Shown here: in pieces, positions 42,500-52,731 of the stretch | How the letters are laid out: each line of letters begins with the position of its first letter | Position numbering within the stretch: the stretch's first letter is position 1 | From: an uncultured delta proteobacterium | GTDB lineage: Bacteria; Desulfobacterota; Desulfobacteria; Desulfobacterales; JAFDCJ01 | Direction: 5' to 3' | Length of the DNA stretch: 64,000 nucleotides | Assembly: GCA_963769935.1 (NCBI GenBank) | Contig: CAVYNY010000022.1 | Location: 96,001 to 160,000 of the forward strand | Translations under genes and position numbers: made by a program | The notes under the pieces: generated by a model | Databases searched by the model: none | Told to the model about the DNA's origin: nothing | Seen by the model: the letters and a program-made list of their open reading frames with translations, nothing else

Positions 42500-43803
42500 A
42501 TTGCTTTTTCCTGCAGCCGTTTTTTGGTTCGCGAATAATATATTCCGACCGCAAACAGAGCGGCTCCCATTATTAAAAAGACCGATGATCTTGCCAGCAG
42601 GCTGACAAATAGATCGGTGTAGCGGGCCAGCGAAATAGAGGCCAGCAGCAGGCATCCGGCGGTGGTGAATCTCAGGTCGGATTCTTGGCAGCCCGCTGCG
42701 ATCAGCATGATACTGTGAAACAGAAAAAGCAGGTTAAAAGCAGCCGCACCCGCCCAACCTTTTAATCCCAGAACTCCCATCGTATTCAGCACAACTATGA
42801 GCAGGGTGAGCATCACCCCGCAGGCGTCGATGCGAAAATCTGCCGCAGCCGTTTTTTTTTGTTGAACAGCAACCCAAAATGACCAGATCAATAAGCCAAG
42901 GGCGGCCGCGGAAAAAGTGAAAAAATAAGCAGCGGCCTGGAGGTCTTCGAAGTGCACCGTGAACAGGTCCCTGCCTCGATGAAAAAAGCTCAATGCGAAT
43001 AATGCGGCCAGGTAGACCAGATAACCGATAAAGGAAAATACAGGCCCGCTGCCGGGAAAGCCGCCCTTGCAGCGCACGATCGAGCCGGCGGCAATCAGGA
43101 TGCACGCACTGAGGAAAACCAACAAAAACGCCAAATCACCACCAACTGAGGCGACGGAAAAAGCGAGCATCAGCATAAAAGCGCCGATGGCGGCCGCCAG
43201 CAGCACCCGCGATCGATAAATCCAGGCCAGTGGCATTAGACCTGCCAGAATGATAGACGGCGACAAAAGATGCGGGTTTTTAAAATCGAAAGCTTCAAAA
43301 CCGTTCCACAGCAACAAAAGCATGCCGGCAACCAGGGCATGGGAAATGGAGGGCAGGGCCCAGGCTAGAGCCAGCGCCCCGCAGCTCCAGATAAAAAAAG
43401 CGTTGGGATAGTGTTCGTCGATGTGATAAATCTGGGCCACCAGCCAGATGCCGGCGCCGAAAAACATCGTACCGGCCAAATGCAGCCCTTCACCGGCGGT
43501 GCGGCTGCGGCCGGCCGGCCGCCGCAGCCAGAAACCCGTGCCGTGGGCCGCCAGCAAGGCCAGAATAATGGCGGTCAGTTTGGCAAACTTGGGCATTCTT
43601 TCCCAGTTGTAGGCAAAAAGCAGAATGACACCCAAGCCGAAGAGAATCGCACCCATGCTGATAAAGATTGTGCGGCCCCAGGCCGATCCCTGTTCCGGTG
43701 CCGGATATCGGCATTTTATGATGTCGGCCTGCTCGGCCGCGATAAGGCCCTCATTCAGCCACTGATCGATTTCAGCCAGAAGCCATTTGATGTTTTTTTT
43801 CAT
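42496..43803 (-). CDS. DUF2157 membrane protein
   Basis: W..EGLI, GLGVILLFAYNW, GAGIWLVAQIYHI; usual partner of GDYXXLXY genes. Confidence 0.85.
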   Translation of the reverse strand: MKKNIKWLLAEIDQWLNEGLIAAEQADIIKCRYPAPEQGSAWGRTIFISMGAILFGLGVILLFAYNWERMPKFAKLTAIILALLAAHGTGFWLRRPAGRSRTAGEGLHLAGTMFFGAGIWLVAQIYHIDEHYPNAFFIWSCGALALAWALPSISHALVAGMLLLLWNGFEAFDFKNPHLLSPSIILAGLMPLAWIYRSRVLLAAAIGAFMLMLAFSVASVGGDLAFLLVFLSACILIAAGSIVRCKGGFPGSGPVFSFIGYLVYLAALFALSFFHRGRDLFTVHFEDLQAAAYFFTFSAAALGLLIWSFWVAVQQKKTAAADFRIDACGVMLTLLIVVLNTMGVLGLKGWAGAAAFNLLFLFHSIMLIAAGCQESDLRFTTAGCLLLASISLARYTDLFVSLLARSSVFLIMGAALFAVGIYYSRTKKRLQEKAI

Positions 43804-43991
43804 GATATTTTTTTATCGGTATAACTGGTATAATTCTTTAATTGTCTGGTTGATCCGGCGTAAAAAATTAGGCCGGTCATTGAAATTTCGGGCTTTTTGA
43901 TTATATTTAAGAATCTAAACTTAAAAGGCTGAAACAAATTGCCGCAAAATCACCGGAACCTTTAACGAAACCTTTGGTTATAGACAGCATC

Positions 43992-45053
43992 ATGTTTAAT
44001 TCGATTATTACCAGAACCGGAAGCTATATCCCGACCGTTAAGGTCCCCAACCGGCAATTCCTCGGCAATGAATTCTATGGCCCGGATGGAACCCGACTTG
44101 CCAAGTCAAATGAGGACATTGTCAACAAACTGCAGGAAATTACCTGTATCCGTGAGCGGCGATACGTCGAAGATGATTTGACTACGTCGGATATTGCTTA
44201 TCTGGCAGCCAGCAATGCGCTGGACGGTGCGGATAAGGAAAGTCTGGATTTCATTATCGTTGCTCAAAATCTGGGTGATCTCAAGGCCGACAACGTTAAA
44301 TCCGACATGATTCCCACTATTGCCGCCAGGGTGAAACACAAGCTGAGAATTAAAAATCCCTACGCCGTCGCCTACGATATTCCCTTCGGCTGCCCGGGAT
44401 GGCTGCATGGAATGATCACGGCCGACTATTATATAAAGTCCGGGGATGCCAAGAAAGTTATGGTTATCGGTGCGGAGACCCTATCGCGGGTATCCGACCC
44501 TCATGATATCGATGGAATGATATATGCCGACGGTGCCGGGGCTACCCTGGTCGAAGCTACGACCAACGATGCCGGAATTCTGTCGCATGTCACCCGGTCG
44601 GATACCTACCATAATGCCTTCCTGATGGGGCTCGGCAAATCATATAATCCGGACCATGCGGGCGCTGAGCTGTTCATAAAAATGCGCGGACACGATATCT
44701 ATAAATATGCCGTCAGGACAGTTCCGGAAGTCGTGAAACAGAGCCTGGATAAGGCCGGATATAGCTTATCCGATGTGAAAAAAATCCTGATCCACCAGGC
44801 CAATCAGAAGATGGATGAGGCCATTTTGGCCAGGCTGTTCAAGCTTTATAAAATTAAGCATATTCCCGAGGATATCATGCCGATGACCATCTCCTGGCTC
44901 GGCAACAGTTCCGTGGCGACCCTGCCGACCATGCTGGACCTCATGCAACGGGGTAGACTCGATAATCACAAACTGCATTCGGGAGAAATCGTTGTATTTG
45001 CATCGGTGGGAGCGGGTATGAACGTCAATTCCATGGTATATAAGATGCAGTGA
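43992..45053 (+). CDS. fabH: 3-oxoacyl-ACP synthase III family protein
   Basis: GCPGW, ADGAGA, HQAN, GNSSVAT. Confidence 0.85.
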   Translation: MFNSIITRTGSYIPTVKVPNRQFLGNEFYGPDGTRLAKSNEDIVNKLQEITCIRERRYVEDDLTTSDIAYLAASNALDGADKESLDFIIVAQNLGDLKADNVKSDMIPTIAARVKHKLRIKNPYAVAYDIPFGCPGWLHGMITADYYIKSGDAKKVMVIGAETLSRVSDPHDIDGMIYADGAGATLVEATTNDAGILSHVTRSDTYHNAFLMGLGKSYNPDHAGAELFIKMRGHDIYKYAVRTVPEVVKQSLDKAGYSLSDVKKILIHQANQKMDEAILARLFKLYKIKHIPEDIMPMTISWLGNSSVATLPTMLDLMQRGRLDNHKLHSGEIVVFASVGAGMNVNSMVYKMQ

Positions 45054-45183
45054 TATAAATAAGGTTCGGGGGTTAAGGGTTCAGGCGTTCAGAGGTTCAG
45101 CCCGGCCGCTGGCCGTGGGGCGGCGATGCTCCTACAAAAATTTTCCTGATTTATGGTTATTTGTAGGCTTAAGTTAATGTCTG

Positions 45184-45288
45184 GTGGGAGTGGTTTTTAA
45201 CCACGATTTCAGATGGAGGCCCGACCGAGTTGATCGCGGTTGCCTCCAGCCCGTAGGGCTTACGCCCCGGGGGGAAAACCGCTCCCAC
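45184..45288. repeat. REP-like inverted doublet with a nested second repeat
   Basis: GTGGGAGTGGTTTTTAACCACGAT ... ATCGCGGTT[insert]GAAAACCGCTCCCAC. Confidence 0.7.
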
Positions 45289-45535
45289 AACATCAAAAAC
45301 TGTTCTAAGGTTCCAAAAAAATTCCATTATAGACCGGATAAATGCCGGAAGCCTGCTAAGATGCTTAAATTTTAGACATTATGTAATTTTTTGAGCATTT
45401 CTTTAATTGGCCTCTGGCATTTTTTACACAAAACTGTCCAAATTTTTTCATAAATTCACAAATTTCGATTCGGCCGTGCATCTATAATTTTCGCTATTAT
45501 ACTGATATTATAACATTTTAAATTTGTTAAATTGT

Positions 45536-45551
45536 TGGCACGAGAGTTGCT
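45536..45551 (+). promoter_or_regulatory. Sigma-54 promoter (-24/-12)
   Basis: TGGCACG-AGAG-TTGCT matches TGGCACG-N4-TTGCW. Confidence 0.8.
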
Positions 45552-45737
45552 GCGCCTAGTAGTCGGCACATCCGATTTCGTAATAAATGAAGTTTTTTTC
45601 TTAGTTTATTATTCGGACAACCGCCGCTCCTTTTAATCTCAAAGGGCATAATGGGTTTGATTCCTTACAGCATTCTGCATAATTTTACTGCCAATAACCC
45701 TCAAAACCAGGAGCGTGTTTTTACAGGGGGTAAATAA

Positions 45738-45926
45738 ATGAAAAAGTACGAATATAGATGCAATCGATGTCTGATAATAGAAGAAAAGTGGTATTCCAAA
45801 TCTTATGATCCCTCCATCGACATTCCGTGTCAGAAGTGCGGTGGATTAGCAATAAGAATACCCTGGTCAAAAACTCACGAATTTACGATTGAGAATTCTG
45901 GAAAAAATTTAGATACCTATAATTGA
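45738..45926 (+). CDS. FmdB-like zinc-ribbon small protein
   Basis: YEYRCNRC ... CQKCGG; AGGGGG RBS. Confidence 0.7.
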   Translation: MKKYEYRCNRCLIIEEKWYSKSYDPSIDIPCQKCGGLAIRIPWSKTHEFTIENSGKNLDTYN

Positions 45927-46091
45927 TTGAGAGGCCGGGGTTTTTTGGGGTTATGTTCGCAAGGCCCGTTCCAGTAAAGGCGGGGAGCGGACATCCATGC
46001 AACCCGGTGCCGAATTTTCTGGATTCCTGTCTGCGCAGGAATGACGGTCCGTATGGCAATAGTCTCCCCGTCTGCTCAATATTTAGGTCTG

Positions 46092-46334
46092 TCATACAGA
46101 AAATTGAATTGAGATTTCTTGCACCAATTTAGCGGCCGGCAACGGATGCAATATTGGTGAGGATCCTTTTCCCGCCTTCCGTTCTAATTTGCAGAAAGCT
46201 CCGGCAGTTTCGATGGCTTTCTGATACTTTTCTGCCGTACTTGCATTCACGCCGTTTTTTAATGAAATTGGCCGGCCTGAGAAAATACGTTCAATTCCCT
46301 TTTCGTATTTCCGATGGCTGACTGCTTTCTTCAT
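46092..46334 (-). CDS. Hypothetical protein or fragment
   Basis: IERIFSGRPISLK....TAEKYQKAIETAGA looks like an isolated small domain; context is repeat-rich. Confidence 0.35.
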   Translation of the reverse strand: MKKAVSHRKYEKGIERIFSGRPISLKNGVNASTAEKYQKAIETAGAFCKLERKAGKGSSPILHPLPAAKLVQEISIQFSV

Positions 46335-46397
46335 GGGTATAGATAGTACCTGACTGAGTCTTCTACCGGAAGCCAGGTGATTTGGGCATCATGAACA

Positions 46398-47324
46398 TCA
46401 GGCGGTCGCCCGCTGATCTTTTTTGAGTTTTTCCAGCATGGGTTTCATAATTTTTTCGATTCTGACCTTGGTATTGCGGAATTTAAACCGCTCGGCATCC
46501 GATAGCGGCTGCTTGGGCGGCCCCATGATGAATCCTCGCATTTCCATGGCCAGCTTAAAGCCCAGGGGGAAGGGCAGGGCAAACATGGTCCGCAGGATGA
46601 GCAGGATGGACTCCTGTAAAACTTTGGCTTCCGCATAGCGGCCATTTTGCCAGGCGGTATAAATGTCAACCATGATTTCCGGCAGGATGCCCGAGGTGGC
46701 CGTCATACAGCCTTTGCCGCCGACCATCAAACAGGGAAACAGGGTCTCTTCCCGGCCGGTCAGGACGTTGATATCTTCTCCGGCGATTTTAATCTTATCA
46801 ATAAAATGCATGAAATCGACCATGCTGCCGCTGCTGTCTTTCATGCCGACGACGTTGGGGTGCCGCGCCAGGCGTTTGACGACATCATAGGAAAGCGGCT
46901 GGGTGAAAAGCGGGATGTTGTAGATAATGTTGGGTATATCCACGGCGTCGGCGATGGTTTCGAAATAAGTCTCGATATTTTCCTGGGACAGCGGATAAAA
47001 ATAGGGCGGCGCAACCACCACCCCGTCGCAGCCGAGTTCCCTGGCTTTTTTAGCCAGAATTATGGATTCGGCCGGCAGGCTGCTGCCGACGCCCGGGACG
47101 ATCTTAACGCGGCCGGCGTTCTGGTCGACCATGATTTCCATGATCCGGATCTTTTCCTCCCGGCTCATATGGATGAACTCGCCCACCGAGCTGATGGGAA
47201 ACAGACCGTTCACGCCGCCTTCGATCTGAAAATCAACAATGCGCCGTAATTCCCCCTCATTCACCGACCCATCCTCTTTAAACGGGGTCAGCATTGCGAC
47301 ATAAACACCTTCGGGTTTGAACAT
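46398..47324 (-). CDS. DapA/NAL-family class I aldolase
   Basis: AMLTPF, SSVGE in place of GTTGE, IIYNIP, GMKDSSG. Confidence 0.85.
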   Translation of the reverse strand: MFKPEGVYVAMLTPFKEDGSVNEGELRRIVDFQIEGGVNGLFPISSVGEFIHMSREEKIRIMEIMVDQNAGRVKIVPGVGSSLPAESIILAKKARELGCDGVVVAPPYFYPLSQENIETYFETIADAVDIPNIIYNIPLFTQPLSYDVVKRLARHPNVVGMKDSSGSMVDFMHFIDKIKIAGEDINVLTGREETLFPCLMVGGKGCMTATSGILPEIMVDIYTAWQNGRYAEAKVLQESILLILRTMFALPFPLGFKLAMEMRGFIMGPPKQPLSDAERFKFRNTKVRIEKIMKPMLEKLKKDQRATA

Positions 47325-47402
47325 ATTTAAGTCTCCTATGTATACAGCTCTGCGTAGCGTTTAATTACAACCAACAACATACCACTTACAACTTACAGTA
47401 TT

Positions 47403-49217
47403 TTAAAGTCCAAGCTCTGTCAACTTCTCCGCCATGGGTACACCGTCTTCATCCCAGCCGCGGACAAAGTAGTATTCTGTTCGCATCTGCTCCAGTTCTA
47501 CCACGCGACCCCGGTGGGGGCCCTCCTTGAGGGGTTCTTTGAAGAAGCGTTGGGGCAGTGTATCCAGTTCCTTGGTAAGCCCCTCGCGAATATTGAAAAG
47601 ACGGGCCAGGTTGTTGACCCTTTCCCCGATCTTCATCACCTCATCGGAGGAAGCAAAAACTTCCATGCCGGTGGCGGCATGCAGGAAGGGCGTGATCTGT
47701 TTTAAACTCACGGCAAAGGTTGCAAACAGACACATGCCGCTGCAATTGATCATGCCGAAAAGATCCTGTTGGGTTTTGACCAGCTCGGCTTTGAATTCCC
47801 GGGAATGTAAATCCATGCGGCCTTCGGTCGCCAGCAGTTCGTCGCCGATCGGCCAGGATCGAAGGTGGCAGCCGCCCCGGTCACTGGTGGCATAGGCCAG
47901 GGCCATACCCGCCGAGCCCCGCGGATCATAAGCAGGCAGCTCCAGGCCTTTGACATGCATGGCCAGATCTCGGGCCCCCTCGATTTCTTCGGCCATTCTC
48001 TTCACGCCCAGACCCCACAATTTGCCGGGCCCCTGCTGCCGGCCGATCTGGTGAATGGCGTTGATAATGGATTCGTCATTGCCGAAGGCCATGGGGAATC
48101 CGATGTCGGCCTCGGTCAGTAGGCCTTTTTCGACACACTCCATCAAAAAGCCGATGACATTACCGGTAGTGATGCCGTCCAGGCCGTAGTAGTCACACAG
48201 ATACTCCGCCTGAATAATGGCGCCGATATCGGTGTTTTCGCAGTTGGCACCAAAGGACCAGACGTTCTCATATTCAGGCCCCTCGGTATAGCAGCCTGTA
48301 TATTTGCCGTCTTTGACCTCGGCAATTTTGCTGCAGTAGATCGGACATCCGAAACAGGCTTTGTTTCTGACATAAAATTTTTCGATGTTATTTTCATTGA
48401 CCTGCGAGGCCCCGTCAAATTTGCCCTTCTGAAAATTTCGCACCGGGTGAATGCCGGCTTCATCCATCAACGATAAAATGATATTGGTTCCGTATTTTGG
48501 CCGGCCGCCGCCCGTATCCGGACTGTTGGCCAGCTCATTGTAGGCTTCACGGCAGATTTTCATGAAATTATCCGGATCATGGAGCGAGATGCTGCCGGTG
48601 CCCCTGACGGCGATAGCTTTCAGGTTTTTGGATCCCATGACCGCACCGGCTCCGCCCCTGCCCAGGGCCCGGTACTCGGAGATGATCCCGGCAAAACGCA
48701 CGCCTTTTTCGCCGGCCTCCCCGATGCAGGCGACCTTAAAATCCCGGCCGAATGTCTCTTTAATTTTGCGGTGGGTTGTCAGGGTGTCCGTTCCCCAGAG
48801 ATCGCCGGCGGGTTGCAACTGGAATTTATCATCGTCTATGACAAGCACCACGGGGGATGCGGCCATGCCCCTGATGATCACCATGTCATAACCGGCAAAC
48901 TTTAATTCAGGCCCGAAAAATCCACCGCAATTCGAATCCAGCCACAAGCCGGTTGCCGGGCTTTTGGTGCAGACCTCGAAGCGGCCGCTGGAAGGCGCCA
49001 GGGTGCCTGTCAGCGGTCCGGTCGCAAAAACCAGGATGTTTTCCGGGGAAAGCGGATCACAACCGGCCGGTAGCTGATCGTAAAGAATCCTGGCACCAAA
49101 GCCCTTGCCGCCCATGTAATCCTGCGCCAAGGCCCGATCCAGTTCGGCGGTTGACATGCCGGCCGATGTCAGGTCCACGTCTAGAATTTTTCCGCGGTAT
49201 CCGTACCAATCTTTCAT
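47403..49217 (-). CDS. aor: Aldehyde:ferredoxin oxidoreductase (tungsten AOR family)
   Basis: GGKGFG, KSPATG, GRGGAGAVMGSKNLKA, CFGCPIYC, EYE, YDPR, RGGCH. Confidence 0.9.
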   Translation of the reverse strand: MKDWYGYRGKILDVDLTSAGMSTAELDRALAQDYMGGKGFGARILYDQLPAGCDPLSPENILVFATGPLTGTLAPSSGRFEVCTKSPATGLWLDSNCGGFFGPELKFAGYDMVIIRGMAASPVVLVIDDDKFQLQPAGDLWGTDTLTTHRKIKETFGRDFKVACIGEAGEKGVRFAGIISEYRALGRGGAGAVMGSKNLKAIAVRGTGSISLHDPDNFMKICREAYNELANSPDTGGGRPKYGTNIILSLMDEAGIHPVRNFQKGKFDGASQVNENNIEKFYVRNKACFGCPIYCSKIAEVKDGKYTGCYTEGPEYENVWSFGANCENTDIGAIIQAEYLCDYYGLDGITTGNVIGFLMECVEKGLLTEADIGFPMAFGNDESIINAIHQIGRQQGPGKLWGLGVKRMAEEIEGARDLAMHVKGLELPAYDPRGSAGMALAYATSDRGGCHLRSWPIGDELLATEGRMDLHSREFKAELVKTQQDLFGMINCSGMCLFATFAVSLKQITPFLHAATGMEVFASSDEVMKIGERVNNLARLFNIREGLTKELDTLPQRFFKEPLKEGPHRGRVVELEQMRTEYYFVRGWDEDGVPMAEKLTELGL

Positions 49218-49223
49218 GTGTTT

Positions 49224-49610
49224 TTATTCCTTCTTTTGCACGGCCATAGTGGGACACCATTGAACACATTGAAATTCGCCTTCGCACGTATCGCAGATCA
49301 GCGGCAGGTCGGTTTGTGGATCCATCCGGATGCCGTTAACCGGGCAGGCGTCCACACAGACGGCACAGCCATCACAGCTGCCTTTATCAAGCCGGACCCA
49401 GTTTTCCCAGCTCAGCGCATCGTGGGGGCAGGCTGCGACGCACTCGTGGTCTTTACAAGCCAGGCAAACGCTGATGGTTGGAACTTTGGGCCAATCTGCG
49501 TCGACATAGATTCGTGAACGTTTGGTGGTGCTTTCCCCAAAATGGCTCCAGGAGCAGATGGCCATGCAGATTTGACATTCCGTGCAAAGCGAGCGTTTTA
49601 ATTTCAGCAT
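49224..49610 (-). CDS. 4Fe-4S dicluster protein (AOR small subunit)
   Basis: CTECQIC, CLAC...CVAACP, CDGCAVCVDACP, CDTC. Confidence 0.88.
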   Translation of the reverse strand: MLKLKRSLCTECQICMAICSWSHFGESTTKRSRIYVDADWPKVPTISVCLACKDHECVAACPHDALSWENWVRLDKGSCDGCAVCVDACPVNGIRMDPQTDLPLICDTCEGEFQCVQWCPTMAVQKKE

Positions 49611-49827
49611 TTTTGATCCCTTTTCCAACCGGGTTTTCTACTTTTTCACATTATCAGAATTAAATAAGGTATAGTAATAATTTCACCATCCGTCAAAGCA
49701 AAAATTGAGGCTTGAATATTCGATGGACAAAAGTTATAGCTTCATATATTTCAACCGTAGCCAACAACCAGTTTAGCGGCGGCGCGCATATTATCATTGT
49801 GAATACCACAAATTGAAAGAAGAGACC

Positions 49828-50799
49828 ATGGCGCAATACAAAGTCGTTATTATAAATCCCGGATACGAAACTTACGATATCGAACGGAAGATACTGGAGC
49901 CTGTCGGTGCCGAAGTCATCGTTGCCGAAAAAGATTGCGATACAGAGGATTTAATCATCGACACAGCGCGGGATGCCGACGGCATCCTGGTGCGTGAAGG
50001 CCCTGTAACCGGGCGGGTTATAGGGTCTCTCAAAAAGTTGAAGATTATTGCCCGCTACGGGGTCGGGGTCGACAATGTCGACTTGGAGACCGCGCGCCGC
50101 CGCAACATATATGTCAGCATCGTTCCCAACTACGGCAATGAAGATGTTTCCGACCATGCCATGGCGCTGATGCTGGCCTGTATCCGAACCTTGCCGATCC
50201 GTGACAGAAATGTCCGCTGCGGCATTTTTGAAACCGACATCGTATCCGAAATTCATCGCATCACGGGGCGAAATTTAGGCATCATCGGCTACGGCAAAAT
50301 CGCCCGGGTGTTTCATCGCAAATGGCAGGGGTTTCTGCCGGCCCGCGTTCTGGTCTATGACCCGTTTGTGGATGAGGAAACCATCGCGGAAACCGGCGCT
50401 GAAAAAGTCGACCTTAACCTGCTGCTGGAGGAGGCGGACTATATTTCCATCCACGCGCCGCTCACACCGGATACCCGGCACATCATCAATGAATCGGCGC
50501 TAAAAACCATGAAGTCGACTGCCGTTATCGTCAATACCTCCCGCGGGGCGATAATCGACACGGCGGCCCTGGCCAAGGCCCTTGGAAAAGGTGAAATTTT
50601 TGCCGCCGGCATCGATGTATTCGAAAAAGAGCCGCTGCCGGTGGATCATCCGTTGGCGTCTCTGCCGAATGTGATCCTGACGCCGCACCTGGCATGGTAT
50701 TCAAAGGAATCCACCCGCGACCTGCAGGGCGGGGCGGCCGGGGAAATTCAGCGGGTGTTGTCCGGACAAAGGCCGCACAACTGGGCCAATCCATGGTAA
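49828..50799 (+). CDS. D-isomer-specific 2-hydroxyacid dehydrogenase (CtBP-like)
   Basis: RYGVGVDNVD, GYGKIA, NTSRG, DVFEKEP, TPHLAWYS. Confidence 0.9.
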   Translation: MAQYKVVIINPGYETYDIERKILEPVGAEVIVAEKDCDTEDLIIDTARDADGILVREGPVTGRVIGSLKKLKIIARYGVGVDNVDLETARRRNIYVSIVPNYGNEDVSDHAMALMLACIRTLPIRDRNVRCGIFETDIVSEIHRITGRNLGIIGYGKIARVFHRKWQGFLPARVLVYDPFVDEETIAETGAEKVDLNLLLEEADYISIHAPLTPDTRHIINESALKTMKSTAVIVNTSRGAIIDTAALAKALGKGEIFAAGIDVFEKEPLPVDHPLASLPNVILTPHLAWYSKESTRDLQGGAAGEIQRVLSGQRPHNWANPW

Positions 50800-50893
50800 T
50801 TAATCCGCCCTGAAAAATAGTTCCTGCAGGGTTGTCATTTGATCTTTGACAACTGCAGAAAGTTGTTGAATCCACGGTCCGGCGGATTAATTA
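50797..50893. repeat. About 97-bp palindromic element with 13-bp terminal inverted repeats
   Basis: TAATTAATCCGCC ... GGCGGATTAATTA, inner CTGCAG..TTGTCA/TGACAA CTGCAG stem; same left end at 1472-1484. Confidence 0.55.
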
Positions 50894-50941
50894 ATAAATA
50901 TTTGTACCCCCAGAACCTTAAAAATAAGGATCAAATCTAAG

Positions 50942-51961
50942 ATGAAAGCCCTACGCTATTTAAAGCCCCACGTTGTTAAAACCGAAGAAATCGACTCGCC
51001 GGTGTGCGGTGCCGGCGAAGCCCTGGTGCGGGTGCATTCGGCCGGTATCTGCGGCTCCGACATGGGCATTTTTGTCGGCAAACATCCCCGGGCTCGGGCG
51101 CCGCTGGTGATGGGCCATGAATTTGCCGGTGAAATTGTGGAAATTCAGCCGGGAGGCGTGGAGACTCAACTGACCGTGGGGGACAAGGTAACGGCCTATC
51201 CGCTGCTGGTTTGCGGGAACTGCTGGGCCTGCCGCAACGGCTTTGCGCATGTCTGCCGCGATTTAAAGCTCATCGGCATCGATCGGGACGGGGCTTTTGC
51301 CGAGTATGTCAGCGTACCTTTGGATTTGCTGGTTAAATTTCCCGCAGCCTTGCCCTATGATCAGGCCGCCTTGATCGAACCGCTGGCAGTGGGGGTTCAT
51401 GCTCTTGAAATGGCCGGGCCCACGACCTGGCAGACCGCGGTAGTGGTCGGCTGCGGTCCCATCGGCCTGCTGGTGGGGCTGTGCCTGCAGCATGCCGGTA
51501 TCGGAAATATCCTGATGTGCGATATCAACCCCCACCGCGTCAAACGCGCCGGGCGGTTGAATTTTGACGCCATCGACAGCAGCGCCGAAAACCTGTCGGA
51601 TCGGGTCTTTGAGATTACTAAAGGTGAAGGGGCGGACATTGTTTTTGAATGCGCCGGCTCCCCCGCGGCGGCCTTTCAGATGTGCAACCTGGTGCGGCCC
51701 CGCGGAACCGTCCTTATGGTCAGCGTGCACAAGGAGCCGCACCCGGTGGATCTGCAGGCCGTTTCCTTCAAGGAATTGACGATGGTCGGCACCCGGGTTT
51801 ATACCCGCGACAATTATCGCCAAGCGCTGGAAATGATATCGGACCTGCCATATCAGGATCTAATCTCCCACCGGGTCGAGCTGGGACGCGGCGCCGAAGG
51901 CTTCGATATCATGGGGCAGGCCGCAGACGCCTGCAAGGTGATTATCAAAACCGATTACTAA
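50942..51961 (+). CDS. Zn-dependent alcohol/polyol dehydrogenase (MDR)
   Basis: GICGSD, GHEFAG, CGNCWAC..C, GCGPIG. Confidence 0.9.
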   Translation: MKALRYLKPHVVKTEEIDSPVCGAGEALVRVHSAGICGSDMGIFVGKHPRARAPLVMGHEFAGEIVEIQPGGVETQLTVGDKVTAYPLLVCGNCWACRNGFAHVCRDLKLIGIDRDGAFAEYVSVPLDLLVKFPAALPYDQAALIEPLAVGVHALEMAGPTTWQTAVVVGCGPIGLLVGLCLQHAGIGNILMCDINPHRVKRAGRLNFDAIDSSAENLSDRVFEITKGEGADIVFECAGSPAAAFQMCNLVRPRGTVLMVSVHKEPHPVDLQAVSFKELTMVGTRVYTRDNYRQALEMISDLPYQDLISHRVELGRGAEGFDIMGQAADACKVIIKTDY

Positions 51962-52048
51962 TGCGGCAATAATTATTTAGAAAATGAATGGATTCGTTTT
52001 TAATTCATATTCTCATGGACAGGATCTTCAGGATTTGTTTACCACAAT

Positions 52049-52085
52049 TGGGACTTGTCGACCGGATCGTGGTCGATAAGTCCCA
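52049..52085. terminator. Hairpin between convergent genes
   Basis: TGGGACTTGTCGACC-N7-GGTCGATAAGTCCCA. Confidence 0.6.
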
Positions 52086-52098
52086 TCATGCAAGAGAA

Positions 52099-52731
52099 TT
52101 AATTGACCGCCTGATATAAGGTCGCTGGTGTGTTGCAGACCGGGCAGGCTGCAAAAGAAGGTTTTCCTTCCAAGGTATAGCCGCAGATAGGGCATACATA
52201 AAAATCAGTTTTCGGTGCCTTCCACTTGGCAAGGTCGGTTAGAGCAGTTTTATATAGCTTGGCATGTTCAGCCTCCGCCGCGCGGGCGTAAGTAAAGGTT
52301 CGGACTGCATCCGGAATATGGTCTTTTTCCGCCTGACTGATAAACTCCGGATACATGGTGGATCGTTCATAAGATTCACCTTTTACCGCATCTTCCAGAT
52401 TCTCCTTGGTGGAATTGACGGCGGGAATCTTGATATCTGCCTTGGGGGTTCCGCCCAGGCCTTCAATCACCCGGGCATGGTTGATGAGGTGGATTTTTTC
52501 GGCGCTGGCAGCTGCACGGAACAGACTGGCGACTTTGGCGTAGCCTTCTTCATCGGCTTTTTCGGCATATGCCAGGTATTTGGCGTTCGCATTGCTTTCA
52601 CCGTTGTATGCCGTTAAAAGATTTTCGAGGGTTTTGTTTTGGGCGGAATCCGCCAGGGTCGGAATCGCAATGGACACACTTAACATCACCAATAAAGCTG
52701 AAACGAAACAGACAGGCTTGATGCTTTTCAT
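52099..52731 (-). CDS. Rubrerythrin with N-terminal signal peptide
   Basis: AGGAGG RBS, ATG 52731; GESNA, EKIH, GESYE, EAEH, CPICG..CPVC. Confidence 0.88.
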   Translation of the reverse strand: MKSIKPVCFVSALLVMLSVSIAIPTLADSAQNKTLENLLTAYNGESNANAKYLAYAEKADEEGYAKVASLFRAAASAEKIHLINHARVIEGLGGTPKADIKIPAVNSTKENLEDAVKGESYERSTMYPEFISQAEKDHIPDAVRTFTYARAAEAEHAKLYKTALTDLAKWKAPKTDFYVCPICGYTLEGKPSFAACPVCNTPATLYQAVN

